A stretch of 32,000 nt of DNA. Source: Desulfosalsimonadaceae bacterium (GTDB lineage: Bacteria > Desulfobacterota > Desulfobacteria > Desulfobacterales > Desulfosalsimonadaceae). Shown piece by piece: positions 15,801 to 24,752 of the stretch (within the stretch, counting starts at the first letter, position 1; each line of letters starts with the position of its first letter). The stretch is taken from NCBI GenBank assembly GCA_049297455.1, contig JBAQUK010000148.1, positions 7,668 to 39,667 of the forward strand, written 5' to 3'. Under the pieces are notes generated by a model, which had not been told where the DNA came from, did no database searches, and was given only the letters and a program-made list of their open reading frames with translations. A program made the translations under genes and the position numbers.

Positions 15801-17142
15801 AACCCATGATCTGTCACATGCGCTTCGCGGTTTTTACGCTGATGACGCCCGACGCGCCCAAAAAGACCGGCAAGTGCCCTTGAAAATTCTGCACCTGCTG
15901 TCCCAGCAGCCCGGCAAAACCGGCAGCGGGGTGTATCTTCTGGCCATGACGGATCTTGCGGGCAAGGCAGGGTATCAGCAGCGAGCAGTAATCGGCCTTC
16001 CGGGCGACAGCCCCCTGCCCGATGTCCCGCCCCTTGCTGCGGAAGATCTGTTTGCCGTGCGGTTCGACCGGCCGCCGGTCCCTTTCCGCATTCCCGGCAT
16101 GAGCGATATCATGCCCTACCCGTCCACCCGGTTTTCCACATTCACCGATGCCATGCGGGAAGGCTATCTTCAGGTGTTTTGGGACGCCCTGACCGCTGCC
16201 GCAGATGGTTTTGAGCCGGATATCATTCATTCCCATCATTTATGGCTACTTACGGCCCTGGCCAGAGTCCGGTTTCCCGATACGCCCATCTGTGTTTCCA
16301 GCCACGGCACGGAACTGCGGCAACTGGTGAACGCCCCGCAGCTTGCTCCCTTTGTGCTGCCGGGATGCCGGGCCGTGGACCGGGTGTTCGCCCTTCACGA
16401 GGACAACAAACACCAGATTATGAAAGCCTACGGGATTCCTGAAAACCGCATTCAGGTGACCGGTGCCGGATTCCGGTCCGACCTGTTCCGGCCTGCCGAT
16501 TCCTGCGTTCCGGGTTTCGACCGGGAAGAACTGACCATCGTCTATGCGGGAAAAATTTCCGCGCCCAAGGGAGTGCCGTGGCTTATTCAGGCCATGCGGC
16601 GGGTGCGGGCTCCTGAAGGGAAAACCGTCCGGCTGCTGCTGGCAGGGGCCGCCGGTGAAGGCAGCGGCGAAGAAATACGGCGGCAGGCGGCAGACCTTGA
16701 AAACGTGGTGTTTTTGGGCGCGCTAAACCAGGAACAATTGGCCGGCTTCCTGCGGGAAGCCGATGTGTTTGTCCTTCCTTCGTTTTTCGAAGGCCTGCCC
16801 CTGGTAGTGGTGGAATCCCTTGCCTGCGAATGCCGGGTGGTGGTGACGGATCTGCCGGGCCTGGATTCATGGATGCCGGAAAATTTGTGCGCGGACCGTG
16901 TGGTGGAAAAAGTACCGCTTCCCCGGCTCACCGGACCGGATACCCCGGTTTCCGATGACCTGCCCCGGTTTGTGGATAACCTTGCGGTCGCCTTGTCCCG
17001 GCAACTGGAAACGGCTGCTGCTTGCAGGGGAAAGGCCGACATCGCCTGCCGGGTGGCGGGACTGGCGTGGGAAGGGGTGTTTGAGCGGATTCATGCGGCG
17101 TATCTTGAACTGACGGGGGCTTCTCATAAGGTTCGGGATTGA
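15790..17142 (+). CDS. glycosyltransferase family 4 (GT-B fold)
   Basis: Overlaps the hgcB 3' end by 11 nt. C-terminal EX7E-type block LPSFFEGLPLVVVESLACECRVVVTD. The N-terminal domain is the GT4 type. Confidence 0.85.
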   Translation: MNTKTHDLSHALRGFYADDARRAQKDRQVPLKILHLLSQQPGKTGSGVYLLAMTDLAGKAGYQQRAVIGLPGDSPLPDVPPLAAEDLFAVRFDRPPVPFRIPGMSDIMPYPSTRFSTFTDAMREGYLQVFWDALTAAADGFEPDIIHSHHLWLLTALARVRFPDTPICVSSHGTELRQLVNAPQLAPFVLPGCRAVDRVFALHEDNKHQIMKAYGIPENRIQVTGAGFRSDLFRPADSCVPGFDREELTIVYAGKISAPKGVPWLIQAMRRVRAPEGKTVRLLLAGAAGEGSGEEIRRQAADLENVVFLGALNQEQLAGFLREADVFVLPSFFEGLPLVVVESLACECRVVVTDLPGLDSWMPENLCADRVVEKVPLPRLTGPDTPVSDDLPRFVDNLAVALSRQLETAAACRGKADIACRVAGLAWEGVFERIHAAYLELTGASHKVRD

Positions 17143-17166
17143 CACAGCCCGTTTGCTATCCTATGT

Positions 17167-17197
17167 TGATATCATAAAAAAATATAAAATGATATCA
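17167..17197. promoter_or_regulatory. two copies of the palindromic octamer TGATATCA upstream of vapB (probable antitoxin operator)
   Basis: TGATATCA at 17167-17174 and 17190-17197, with centres 23 bp apart. The second copy ends 17 nt before the vapB ATG. Confidence 0.45.
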
Positions 17198-17214
17198 TGC
17201 AAAGGAGATTTAAT

Positions 17215-17475
17215 ATGAAATCCATCCTGATTCGAGGCCTTGAACCCTCACTGGCGGATCAGATCAAAACCCATGCCAAATCCCTCGGCAAAAGCGTCAA
17301 TCAATATATAAAGGACATCATCAAAGAAAAGATCGAGGGCGAAGGCGGTCAAAAACATACAAAGATTTATCATGACCTGGATCATCTGTTCGGACGATGG
17401 AGCGAGGAGGAATATCAGCAAATTCAGGGAAAAATCGACAGCGAAAGAACGATAGATCCGGAGTTATGGGAATGA
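17215..17475 (+). CDS. vapB: type II antitoxin, ribbon-helix-helix (VapB/FitA-like)
   Basis: ORF 17197-17475, trimmed to ATG 17215 with AAGGAG 7 nt upstream. The N-terminus MKSILIRGLEPSLADQIKTHAKSLGKSVNQYIKDII is RHH-like. The stop overlaps the PIN gene start (ATGA). Confidence 0.75.
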   Translation: MKSILIRGLEPSLADQIKTHAKSLGKSVNQYIKDIIKEKIEGEGGQKHTKIYHDLDHLFGRWSEEEYQQIQGKIDSERTIDPELWE

Positions 17476-17858
17476 AACGGCTGCTGATTGACACCAATAT
17501 TTATTCCCACGCTCTCAGAGGCGACAAATCCATTGCAACAATCCTTCAGAAGGCCGATTCCATCGGTATTTCATCCATCAGCATCGGTGAACTGATTTCC
17601 GGATTTAAAGGCGGAAGCCGGGAAGCCCGGAATCGGGAAGAACTCGATATATTTCTGAGCAGCTCCAGGGTCACGGTCTTTCCGGTGGATGAAGAGACAG
17701 CGGTTTTTTATGCCGAAATCCGGCAAAATTTAAAAACCATCGGAAAACCGATTCCCACAAACGACATGTGGATTGCCGCCTGCGCCTTTCAGCACGGCTT
17801 GAGCTTGTTTAGCGCGGACATGCATTTTAAATCCATTTCCGGATTGACAACCGTTTAA
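17472..17858 (+). CDS. vapC: type II toxin, PIN-domain ribonuclease VapC
   Basis: ORF 17397-17858, trimmed to ATG 17472 (MKRLLIDTNIY). PIN acidic residues sit in LIDTN, GELISG, ..NDMWIAA.. and SAD contexts. Confidence 0.85.
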   Translation: MKRLLIDTNIYSHALRGDKSIATILQKADSIGISSISIGELISGFKGGSREARNREELDIFLSSSRVTVFPVDEETAVFYAEIRQNLKTIGKPIPTNDMWIAACAFQHGLSLFSADMHFKSISGLTTV

Positions 17859-17878
17859 TATAATAAAGGAGGCCCTGT

Positions 17879-18508
17879 ATGACCCTGAACCACCCGGAAT
17901 TAACACAAAAAGCACTTGAACTCTTAAGAAATCCCGATGCGTTCCAATGGTACCTCATCCCGCTGCTGGCCTGTGTGGTCTACATTTATTTTAACGAGAT
18001 TTCCCAGAAAAACTGGCGGGGCATTGCAGCGGGCCTTTCCCTGTATATGGTACACTGGTTTTATGAAATCGGGAACGCCCTGATCCAGCATTTTTCCGGC
18101 CATGCCCTCTGGACCGTGCCTGCGGGCACCGGCTATCTCCTGCTCGTGGGCGTGGGTGCGGAGATTTCCCTGATGTTTTCCGTGGCCGGTCTGATTTTCA
18201 GCAAAGTTCTGCCCGAAGACCGTCACTTAAAAATCATGGGCGTCAACAATCGCGTCCTGTTTGCTCTGGGAAATGCGGCGTTTCTTTCCATCTTTGAAAT
18301 TTTTCTGGCCACCACCCCGGCATTTCACTGGGTGTATCCCTGGTGGGGTTCTTTTCCGGTGTTCGTCACGGTTTACATCCCGTTTTTTCTGGCCGCCAAT
18401 TTCGCCTATGACTGGCAGCCGAAAACCCAGATCCGCTGGATCGGCGGCCTGTTTGCCGTAAATACCTTGATGCTCATCGTGTTTGCGGGAATCTTAAACT
18501 GGATCTGA
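17879..18508 (+). CDS. hypothetical integral membrane protein (209 aa)
   Basis: AAGGAGG 6 nt upstream. Several hydrophobic segments. No family recognised. Confidence 0.55.
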   Translation: MTLNHPELTQKALELLRNPDAFQWYLIPLLACVVYIYFNEISQKNWRGIAAGLSLYMVHWFYEIGNALIQHFSGHALWTVPAGTGYLLLVGVGAEISLMFSVAGLIFSKVLPEDRHLKIMGVNNRVLFALGNAAFLSIFEIFLATTPAFHWVYPWWGSFPVFVTVYIPFFLAANFAYDWQPKTQIRWIGGLFAVNTLMLIVFAGILNWI

Positions 18509-18509
18509 C

Positions 18510-19307
18510 ATGGATATCTATCTCTGCCAGGTCAGTGAAACGGTTTTCTGCGGGGCCTGCTGCGGGCTGTATAATGTGCCGGATGCGTCGTTTGAAGCCC
18601 TCTCACAAATGCTGGCGCGGCGGAGCCGGATCTTTTCCACCCTGCCCCGGACCATGGACGCGATTCTGGATTTCGGCCGAGCGGAAACCGCAAACCTTGG
18701 CGTCCTGCCCATGCCGGAATTTCATCATTGCCCGTACATCGGGTTTATCGGGGATGGATTCAGGCGTGTCGGGTGCCTGCTCCACCCGCAAGCCCATGGC
18801 AATTCCGGCGTGGATTACCGGGGCCTGAGCCATTACGGGTCCATGACCTGCGGCATGTATTTCTGTCCCAGCCACCGCAACCTGCCGGATGATTTCAAGC
18901 AAATCCTCCGGGATCTGGCTGACGACTGGTATGTGTATGGACTGATGATTTCAGAACCGGTTCTGCTTGGGACGATATATGAAGAAATCGTGAGCCGCGC
19001 CGCCGTTTCGGGCATGAACCCGGAACGGGCGGGCCGGCCTGAAAACCGGCCCCTATGGTCCGGACTGTTCGCGTTAAAGGTCCGGTGGCCATATCGGGCA
19101 GCAAATCGGCCCTGGGCCAGTTATTTGTTTAATGACCCGCTGTATCCGAAACCGCCGGTGGATTATGAAAACCTTGCAGCAGCTTCATCTAAATTCGACC
19201 TGCTCTTTCGCGAACTTCACTCCCATTTCACGTCACCATACGACCTCATGACGGCTGAGAGGTATCTCGACCGTCTGCTTGACGATCTTACCGCAACAAT
19301 TACCTGA
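18510..19307 (+). CDS. cysteine-cluster protein, YkgJ/UPF0153-like (putative Zn/Fe-chelating)
   Basis: Starts 1 nt after the preceding stop. N-terminal FCGACCG, then HHCPYIGF....GCLLHP and TCGMYFCPSH. This resembles the CxxCxxCC ... CPFL...C.IY pattern of PF03692. Confidence 0.5.
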   Translation: MDIYLCQVSETVFCGACCGLYNVPDASFEALSQMLARRSRIFSTLPRTMDAILDFGRAETANLGVLPMPEFHHCPYIGFIGDGFRRVGCLLHPQAHGNSGVDYRGLSHYGSMTCGMYFCPSHRNLPDDFKQILRDLADDWYVYGLMISEPVLLGTIYEEIVSRAAVSGMNPERAGRPENRPLWSGLFALKVRWPYRAANRPWASYLFNDPLYPKPPVDYENLAAASSKFDLLFRELHSHFTSPYDLMTAERYLDRLLDDLTATIT

Positions 19308-19391
19308 CGGCTCCTGCAATAAATGCCTCCATGCCCTTGATTTTTTTCCCCGATTCTCATGGATAATTTATCCGCCTTCCCTATTCTGTCT

Positions 19392-19420
19392 TTGACTTTT
19401 CAAAAATTTAGCTGTAAAAA
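19392..19420 (+). promoter_or_regulatory. putative sigma70-type promoter of the decarboxylase cluster
   Basis: TTGACT (19392-19397), 17-nt spacer, TAAAAA (19415-19420), in an AT-rich intergenic region. Confidence 0.35.
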
Positions 19421-19542
19421 ATCCATTTCTGATATTTTTTTGAATTACTTCAATTTGTATAAATCGGGAGCCGACGCCGGACCCCCCTTTTTCATCCGGT
19501 AATTAACGGATGAAAATCCAAAAGAGGAGGAGACAAACAAAC

Positions 19543-21096
19543 ATGACGACACCCCAGGACTTACTCGCAAAATTGGAACAAAAAAGCCAGGAGGCCCTTC
19601 AGGGCGGCGGCGCCTCCAGGATTCAAAAACAACATGAATCCGGAAAGTTAAGCGCCCGCGAACGGATCGACAAACTGATGGACCCGGGCACGTTTGTGGA
19701 ACTCGACCGCTTTAAAACCCATCGCTGCACGGATTTCGGCATGGCGGATCAGAAAGTGCTGGGCGACAGCGTGGTGACGGGCTACGGCCTTGTGAACGGG
19801 CGGCAAACATTCGTTTTTTCCCATGATTTCACCATTTTTGGCGGGTCCTTATCCCTCGCCCATGCGGAAAAAGTCTGCAAAGTAATGGAAATGGCGCAAA
19901 AAATGGGCGCGCCCATCGTGGGACTGTGCGATTCCGGCGGCGCCCGGATTCAGGAAGGGGTCATGAGCCTTGCCGGATATGCGGATATTTTTTTAAGAAA
20001 CGTCCTGGCATCCGGCGTGATCCCCCAGATTACGGCCATCATGGGGCCCTGCGCTGGCGGGTCCGTGTATTCACCGGCGCTGACGGACTGGATTTTCATG
20101 GTGGAAGAGACCAGCTCCATGTTCATCACCGGCCCGGAGGTCATTAAAGCAGTGACCCGGGAAGTGGTGACCAAGGAAGATCTGGGCGGCGCCATGGCCC
20201 ATAACGAAATCAGCGGCGTGGCCCATTTTGCATCCCCCAATGACGAAGCCTGTATTTTAAAAATCCGGGAACTCATGAGCTTCCTTCCCCAAAACAACCT
20301 GGAAGACGCTCCGCGCATCCCCTGCACCGACGATCCCGGCCGCCGGGACCTGAATCTTCGGGATATTGTGCCGCCGGACCCCAACAAACCCTATGATATC
20401 CGGGACATCATCCGTTCCAACGTGGATAACGGGTATTTCTTTGAAGCCCATGAACATTTCGCCAAAAATATCGTCGTGGGTTTCGCCCGGTTTGACGGGG
20501 CACCTGTGGGCATCATCGCCAACCAGCCCGCCGTTATGGCCGGATGTTTAGATGCCAACGCCTCCATGAAAGGCGCCCGCTTTGTTCGGTTCTGCGACGC
20601 ATTCAACATCCCCCTCGTCATTTATGAGGATGTTCCCGGATTCCTGCCCGGCGTCCATCAGGAACACGGCGGCATCATCAAGCACGGGGCCAAACTCATC
20701 TATGCATTCTGCGAGGCCACCGTGCCCCGCCTCACCCTCATCACCCGCAAAGCATACGGCGGAGCGTATTGTGTCATGAGTTCCAAGCATATTCGCGGGG
20801 ACATCAACATCGCCTATCCCACGGCGGAAATTGCGGTCATGGGTGCGGATGGGGCCGTGAACATCATTTTCCGGAATGAAATCAAAACCGCCGCCGACGC
20901 AACGGCTGAAAAACAGCGGCTGGTGGATGACTACCGGGAAAAATTCGCCCATCCCTATAAAGCGGCGGAGTTCGGGTATATCGATGATGTGATCGATCCC
21001 GCCGACACCCGGCCTCAGATTATTCAGGCCTTAAAAATGCTCAAGACCAAACGGGATACCAATCCGCCAAAAAAACACGGGAATATCCCGCTTTAA
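19543..21096 (+). CDS. mmdA: acyl-CoA carboxyltransferase, methylmalonyl-CoA decarboxylase alpha subunit type (PccB/MmdA family)
   Basis: ORF 19510-21096, trimmed to ATG 19543 with GAGGAGG upstream. Typical carboxyltransferase blocks: [73 protein letters not shown]. Confidence 0.9.
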   Translation: MTTPQDLLAKLEQKSQEALQGGGASRIQKQHESGKLSARERIDKLMDPGTFVELDRFKTHRCTDFGMADQKVLGDSVVTGYGLVNGRQTFVFSHDFTIFGGSLSLAHAEKVCKVMEMAQKMGAPIVGLCDSGGARIQEGVMSLAGYADIFLRNVLASGVIPQITAIMGPCAGGSVYSPALTDWIFMVEETSSMFITGPEVIKAVTREVVTKEDLGGAMAHNEISGVAHFASPNDEACILKIRELMSFLPQNNLEDAPRIPCTDDPGRRDLNLRDIVPPDPNKPYDIRDIIRSNVDNGYFFEAHEHFAKNIVVGFARFDGAPVGIIANQPAVMAGCLDANASMKGARFVRFCDAFNIPLVIYEDVPGFLPGVHQEHGGIIKHGAKLIYAFCEATVPRLTLITRKAYGGAYCVMSSKHIRGDINIAYPTAEIAVMGADGAVNIIFRNEIKTAADATAEKQRLVDDYREKFAHPYKAAEFGYIDDVIDPADTRPQIIQALKMLKTKRDTNPPKKHGNIPL

Positions 21097-21112
21097 TTAC
21101 AGGAGATCACAT

Positions 21113-22261
21113 ATGTCTTTCGAACATGTACTGGAACTGATCAAGAGCATCCTGATTACGCAGACGGGGATTCCCAACCTGACGGGCGGGCAAGGGCTCA
21201 TGATCTGCATCGGGCTGCTGTTTCTGTATCTGGCCATTGCCAAGGAATACGAACCGCTCCTTCTGCTGCCCATCGGATTCGGGATTTTTATCGTTAACTT
21301 CCCCCTGGCCCCCCTCATGGGATACACGGACCAGGGCTCCCCGGAACTGCTCCGGGCGTTTTACAAATACGGCGTTGAATGGGAAATCATCCCATGCGTG
21401 ATTTTTCTGGGGCTTGGCGCCATGACGGATTTCGGGCCGCTCATCGCCAACCCGAAAACCCTGCTTATCGGGGCCGGGGCCCAACTGGGGGTTTTTGTCA
21501 CCTATGTGGGCACGCTTTTCTTCGGGTTCACCTTAAAGGAAGCGGCATCCGTGGGCATTATCGGCGGCGCGGACGGACCGACCACCATCTATCTGACGGC
21601 CAAACTGGCTCCCCATCTGCTGGGTGCCAACGCCCTGGCCGCCTATTCCTACATGGCCATGGTGCCCCTGATTCAACCCCCCATCATGCGATGGCTGACT
21701 TCAAAAAAGCAAAGAATGATCCGCATGCGGCAGTTGCGGGAAGTCTCCGCCAGGGAAAAGCTGCTGTTTCCGCTGGTTGCCTGCCTGCTTATTGTCCTTC
21801 TGATCCCTGCGGTGGCCCCGCTGATGGGCATGTTCATGTTCGGCAACCTGATGCGGGAGAGCCTTGTTGTGAAACGTCTCACCGACACGGCCCAAAATTC
21901 GCTTATGAATATCGTTACCATCTTTCTGGGGATATCCGTGGGCGCGACCATGCAGGCGGAAACGTTTCTACATTTGAAACCCCTCCTGATCTTCATGTTC
22001 GGACTCGGGGATTTTGTCATCTGCACAATGGGAGGGATACTCACGGTTCATCTCATGAATTTGTTTTTAAAGGAAAAAATGAACCCCCTCATCGGATCGG
22101 CCGGGGTTTCGGCAGTGCCCATGTCCGCCAGGGTGTCCCATGTCGAAGGGCTCAAGGCAGATCCGGATAACTGGCTGCTCATGCATGCAATGGGCCCCAA
22201 CCTGGCCGGCGTTATCGGTTCCGCCGCCGCAGCCGGCATGTTTATCGCCATGTTTCAATAG
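21113..22261 (+). CDS. mmdB: sodium-ion-translocating decarboxylase beta subunit (OadB/MmdB/GcdB family)
   Basis: AGGAG upstream. Polytopic membrane protein with family blocks [34 protein letters not shown] and [13 protein letters not shown]. Confidence 0.9.
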   Translation: MSFEHVLELIKSILITQTGIPNLTGGQGLMICIGLLFLYLAIAKEYEPLLLLPIGFGIFIVNFPLAPLMGYTDQGSPELLRAFYKYGVEWEIIPCVIFLGLGAMTDFGPLIANPKTLLIGAGAQLGVFVTYVGTLFFGFTLKEAASVGIIGGADGPTTIYLTAKLAPHLLGANALAAYSYMAMVPLIQPPIMRWLTSKKQRMIRMRQLREVSAREKLLFPLVACLLIVLLIPAVAPLMGMFMFGNLMRESLVVKRLTDTAQNSLMNIVTIFLGISVGATMQAETFLHLKPLLIFMFGLGDFVICTMGGILTVHLMNLFLKEKMNPLIGSAGVSAVPMSARVSHVEGLKADPDNWLLMHAMGPNLAGVIGSAAAAGMFIAMFQ

Positions 22262-22270
22262 GAGGGCGAA

Positions 22271-23248
22271 ATGAAAAAACAATTGTCATTTTTACACATT
22301 AAAACGTGTTTCATCCTTTGCCTGCTGGCGATGGCCCTGCTCCTTCCGTCCGCATCAATGGCGTTCATGGATGAAGATATTGAAAAACCAAAACCCGAAC
22401 TCACTCCGGGAAAAGACGGCATCGTCACCGCAAAATTCATCCCCAGGGCCAAAAGCACCAGCGTCACGATAGATTTTGCGGTAACCGGCGGCGGGAATCT
22501 TTCGGCAGTGAATGCGTTTGATATAAACAAGGCATTAAGCCCCCAAATCAACAAAAAGGATTTCCGCTCCGACCTATTCAATATTCAGATTGAGGGAGTT
22601 GCTCCCGGAGACGAAGCGGTTTTGACCGTCGCTTCGTCCTTTTTCTCAACATCCACCTCTTACTGGATTTTTAATGAAAAACGCCAGCCTACCTGGATGA
22701 ATTCCCAGGCGGAAAACCTTCCCCTGGCGGAAAAAGTCCGGCAATTTGTGATCCGGGTAAAAGACGGCGGCCAGTTTGATTCGGACAGTGCGGCAAACGG
22801 ACGGATCACGATGATCGGCGGCCCCAGCGACTCCTTCTGGGGGTATGTGCTGGGAACTTTGTTTATCCGGTTCTTCGGGGTGTTTATTGTGCTTGGTGTG
22901 CTGATGATCGGTATGCTGCTCTCCGGTAAAATTTTCCAGAAACTGGAGAAAAAACCGGAAGCGACTCAACCCGATATGCCGATGGACACTGCACCTTCGG
23001 CCCCGACTCCGGCCCCAGTCCCGGTATATGACTGGCCGCCGGCAACCCCGACGGATGCGGTTACGCCTGAAATGGCGGCAGCCATCGGCGCGGCCATGGC
23101 CATGCACCAGGCACCCCGAATAATGCCGGCACCCGCGCCTGCCCATGAAACCGTTCATGAGACGATTCAGGCAGCCCCTTCCTGGGCAATGGACGGACGG
23201 CGGCAGATCATGTCGGACAGAAGCATGGTATTTAACCGAGCTAAATGA
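22271..23248 (+). CDS. OadG-like decarboxylase membrane-anchor subunit fused to an N-terminal exported domain
   Basis: GGAGGG upstream. Signal peptide (MKKQLSFLHIKTCFILCLLAMALLLPSASMA), then an about 160-aa soluble domain. This is followed by one TM (FFGVFIVLGVLMIGMLLSGKIF), a Pro/Ala-rich linker and VTPEMAAAIGAAMAMH, the OadG-family hallmark. Confidence 0.6.
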   Translation: MKKQLSFLHIKTCFILCLLAMALLLPSASMAFMDEDIEKPKPELTPGKDGIVTAKFIPRAKSTSVTIDFAVTGGGNLSAVNAFDINKALSPQINKKDFRSDLFNIQIEGVAPGDEAVLTVASSFFSTSTSYWIFNEKRQPTWMNSQAENLPLAEKVRQFVIRVKDGGQFDSDSAANGRITMIGGPSDSFWGYVLGTLFIRFFGVFIVLGVLMIGMLLSGKIFQKLEKKPEATQPDMPMDTAPSAPTPAPVPVYDWPPATPTDAVTPEMAAAIGAAMAMHQAPRIMPAPAPAHETVHETIQAAPSWAMDGRRQIMSDRSMVFNRAK

Positions 23249-23331
23249 TGACGGTTGACAAATCGACAAACTGAAATAATACAGACTGATATATTTTTCC
23301 GGTTGATCCGGGTTATGGAGACGCATAACTT

Positions 23332-23805
23332 ATGAAATATAATATTTCCGTTAAAGAACAGACTTTTGAGATTGAAGTGGGCGAAATCCGCCAGGGAATG
23401 ACGCGGGTGAACGTGAACGGCACGGACTATGACGTCCGGATCGACGATTATCCGGGTGCAGCCCCGGCCCAAACCATAATGCCAACTCCGGCCATCCCGC
23501 AACGTACACCTGCGGCACCGGCAGCGCCTGCGGCCACGGCCGCCCCCCAGCGGGCAGTCACACCCCCGCCGGCTCCGGAAGCCCTTTCCGGCGGCAATGT
23601 CGTCAAAGCGCCCATGCCCGGCCTGATTCTGGATGTTCAGGTAAGAGCGGGCGATCAGGTGAAGGCCGGCCAGACGGTGATCATCATGGAAGCCATGAAA
23701 ATGGAAAACAGCATCACGGTCAAAATCGACGGCACCGTGAAAGAGATTCATGTGCAGAAAGGCGCCCAGGTAATGACCGGGCATACCCTTCTTGTGGTTT
23801 CTTAA
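23332..23805 (+). CDS. biotin carboxyl carrier subunit of the decarboxylase
   Basis: C-terminal biotinyl domain (VKAPMPG.I.DV.V..GD.V..GQ...IMEAMKMEN.I) preceded by an Ala/Pro-rich linker. Confidence 0.9.
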   Translation: MKYNISVKEQTFEIEVGEIRQGMTRVNVNGTDYDVRIDDYPGAAPAQTIMPTPAIPQRTPAAPAAPAATAAPQRAVTPPPAPEALSGGNVVKAPMPGLILDVQVRAGDQVKAGQTVIIMEAMKMENSITVKIDGTVKEIHVQKGAQVMTGHTLLVVS

Positions 23806-23831
23806 CAACGCAGTTCAAGCCTGAAAAAGAT

Positions 23832-23872
23832 TGAACGGGCGTTCGGCGGCAGTTTGCGCCGCACCCCGTTCA
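23832..23872 (+). terminator. putative intrinsic terminator after the decarboxylase cluster
   Basis: Outer 8-bp stem TGAACGGG / CCCGTTCA, with an inner 5-bp GC stem. It is followed only by a weak T tract (GCCTTTTA). Confidence 0.4.
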
Positions 23873-24020
23873 GCCTTTTACGGCTCCCGTAGCAACTTTT
23901 CCACGACAGCCATCAAAACTTTACCGCTCGCGCATTCCGATTGGTGCCAAGCGGGATCGATCTCTGACCCGCCGCAACCGGTTTTAAACCGTAATTTCAA
24001 CATTTCAGACATTCATAACC

Positions 24021-24599
24021 ATGAGCAAACGCATTCTCGTCATCCTCGGCCACCCCGCAAACGGCAGTTTCTGCGGCGCGCTTGCGGACTCCTATATAAA
24101 AGGAGCCCAAGCCGCCGGAAACAAAATCCGGCGCATCTCCCTGGCTGATCTGTCTTTTGATCCGGTGCTTCACAACGGCTACGCCTCCATTCAGGAACTT
24201 GAACCGGACCTGATCGCCGCCCAAACAGCCATCACCTGGGCGCAGCACATGGTTTTTGTATATCCCATCTGGTGGGGCGCGCTGCCCGCGTTGCTCAAGG
24301 GCTTCTTTGACCGTGTGTTCCTTCCGGGCTTCGCCTTCAAATTCCGGGAGGGCTCCCAGTTTTGGGATCGCCTGCTTACAGGGCGTTCCGCTCACCTTCT
24401 CGTCACCATGGATACACCGCCCTGGTATTTCCGATGGGTGTACCGCATGCCGGGGCACAATCAAATGAAGCGCACCATTCTTGAATTCTGCGGCATAAAG
24501 CCGGTCACCGTTTCGAGCTTTGGCCCCATCAAAAGCGCAAGCCGGGAAAGACTGGAAAAATGGCTTGCCCAGGTCGAAGTGCTGGGTCGCAATGCCTGA
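24021..24599 (+). CDS. NAD(P)H dehydrogenase (quinone), flavodoxin-like fold (Flavodoxin_2 family)
   Basis: MSKRILVILGHP...S....L...Y, then VFVYPIWWGALPALLKGFFDRVFLPGFAF, typical of the YrkL/KefF/MdaB-type family. Confidence 0.8.
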   Translation: MSKRILVILGHPANGSFCGALADSYIKGAQAAGNKIRRISLADLSFDPVLHNGYASIQELEPDLIAAQTAITWAQHMVFVYPIWWGALPALLKGFFDRVFLPGFAFKFREGSQFWDRLLTGRSAHLLVTMDTPPWYFRWVYRMPGHNQMKRTILEFCGIKPVTVSSFGPIKSASRERLEKWLAQVEVLGRNA

Positions 24600-24752
24600 T
24601 ATTGCCATCAAGCAGCGAAGTGAAATGGGCTGTTTTAAAAAAAGGATCTATTCAGGCCGTCCGTAGCCCAACCTCCTTCAGTCTTAATAGCGTTAGCAGT
24701 TATATAACCCTTAAAACTCAGGCACGAAACAAGTCACTCGCCGGGGGATGCT

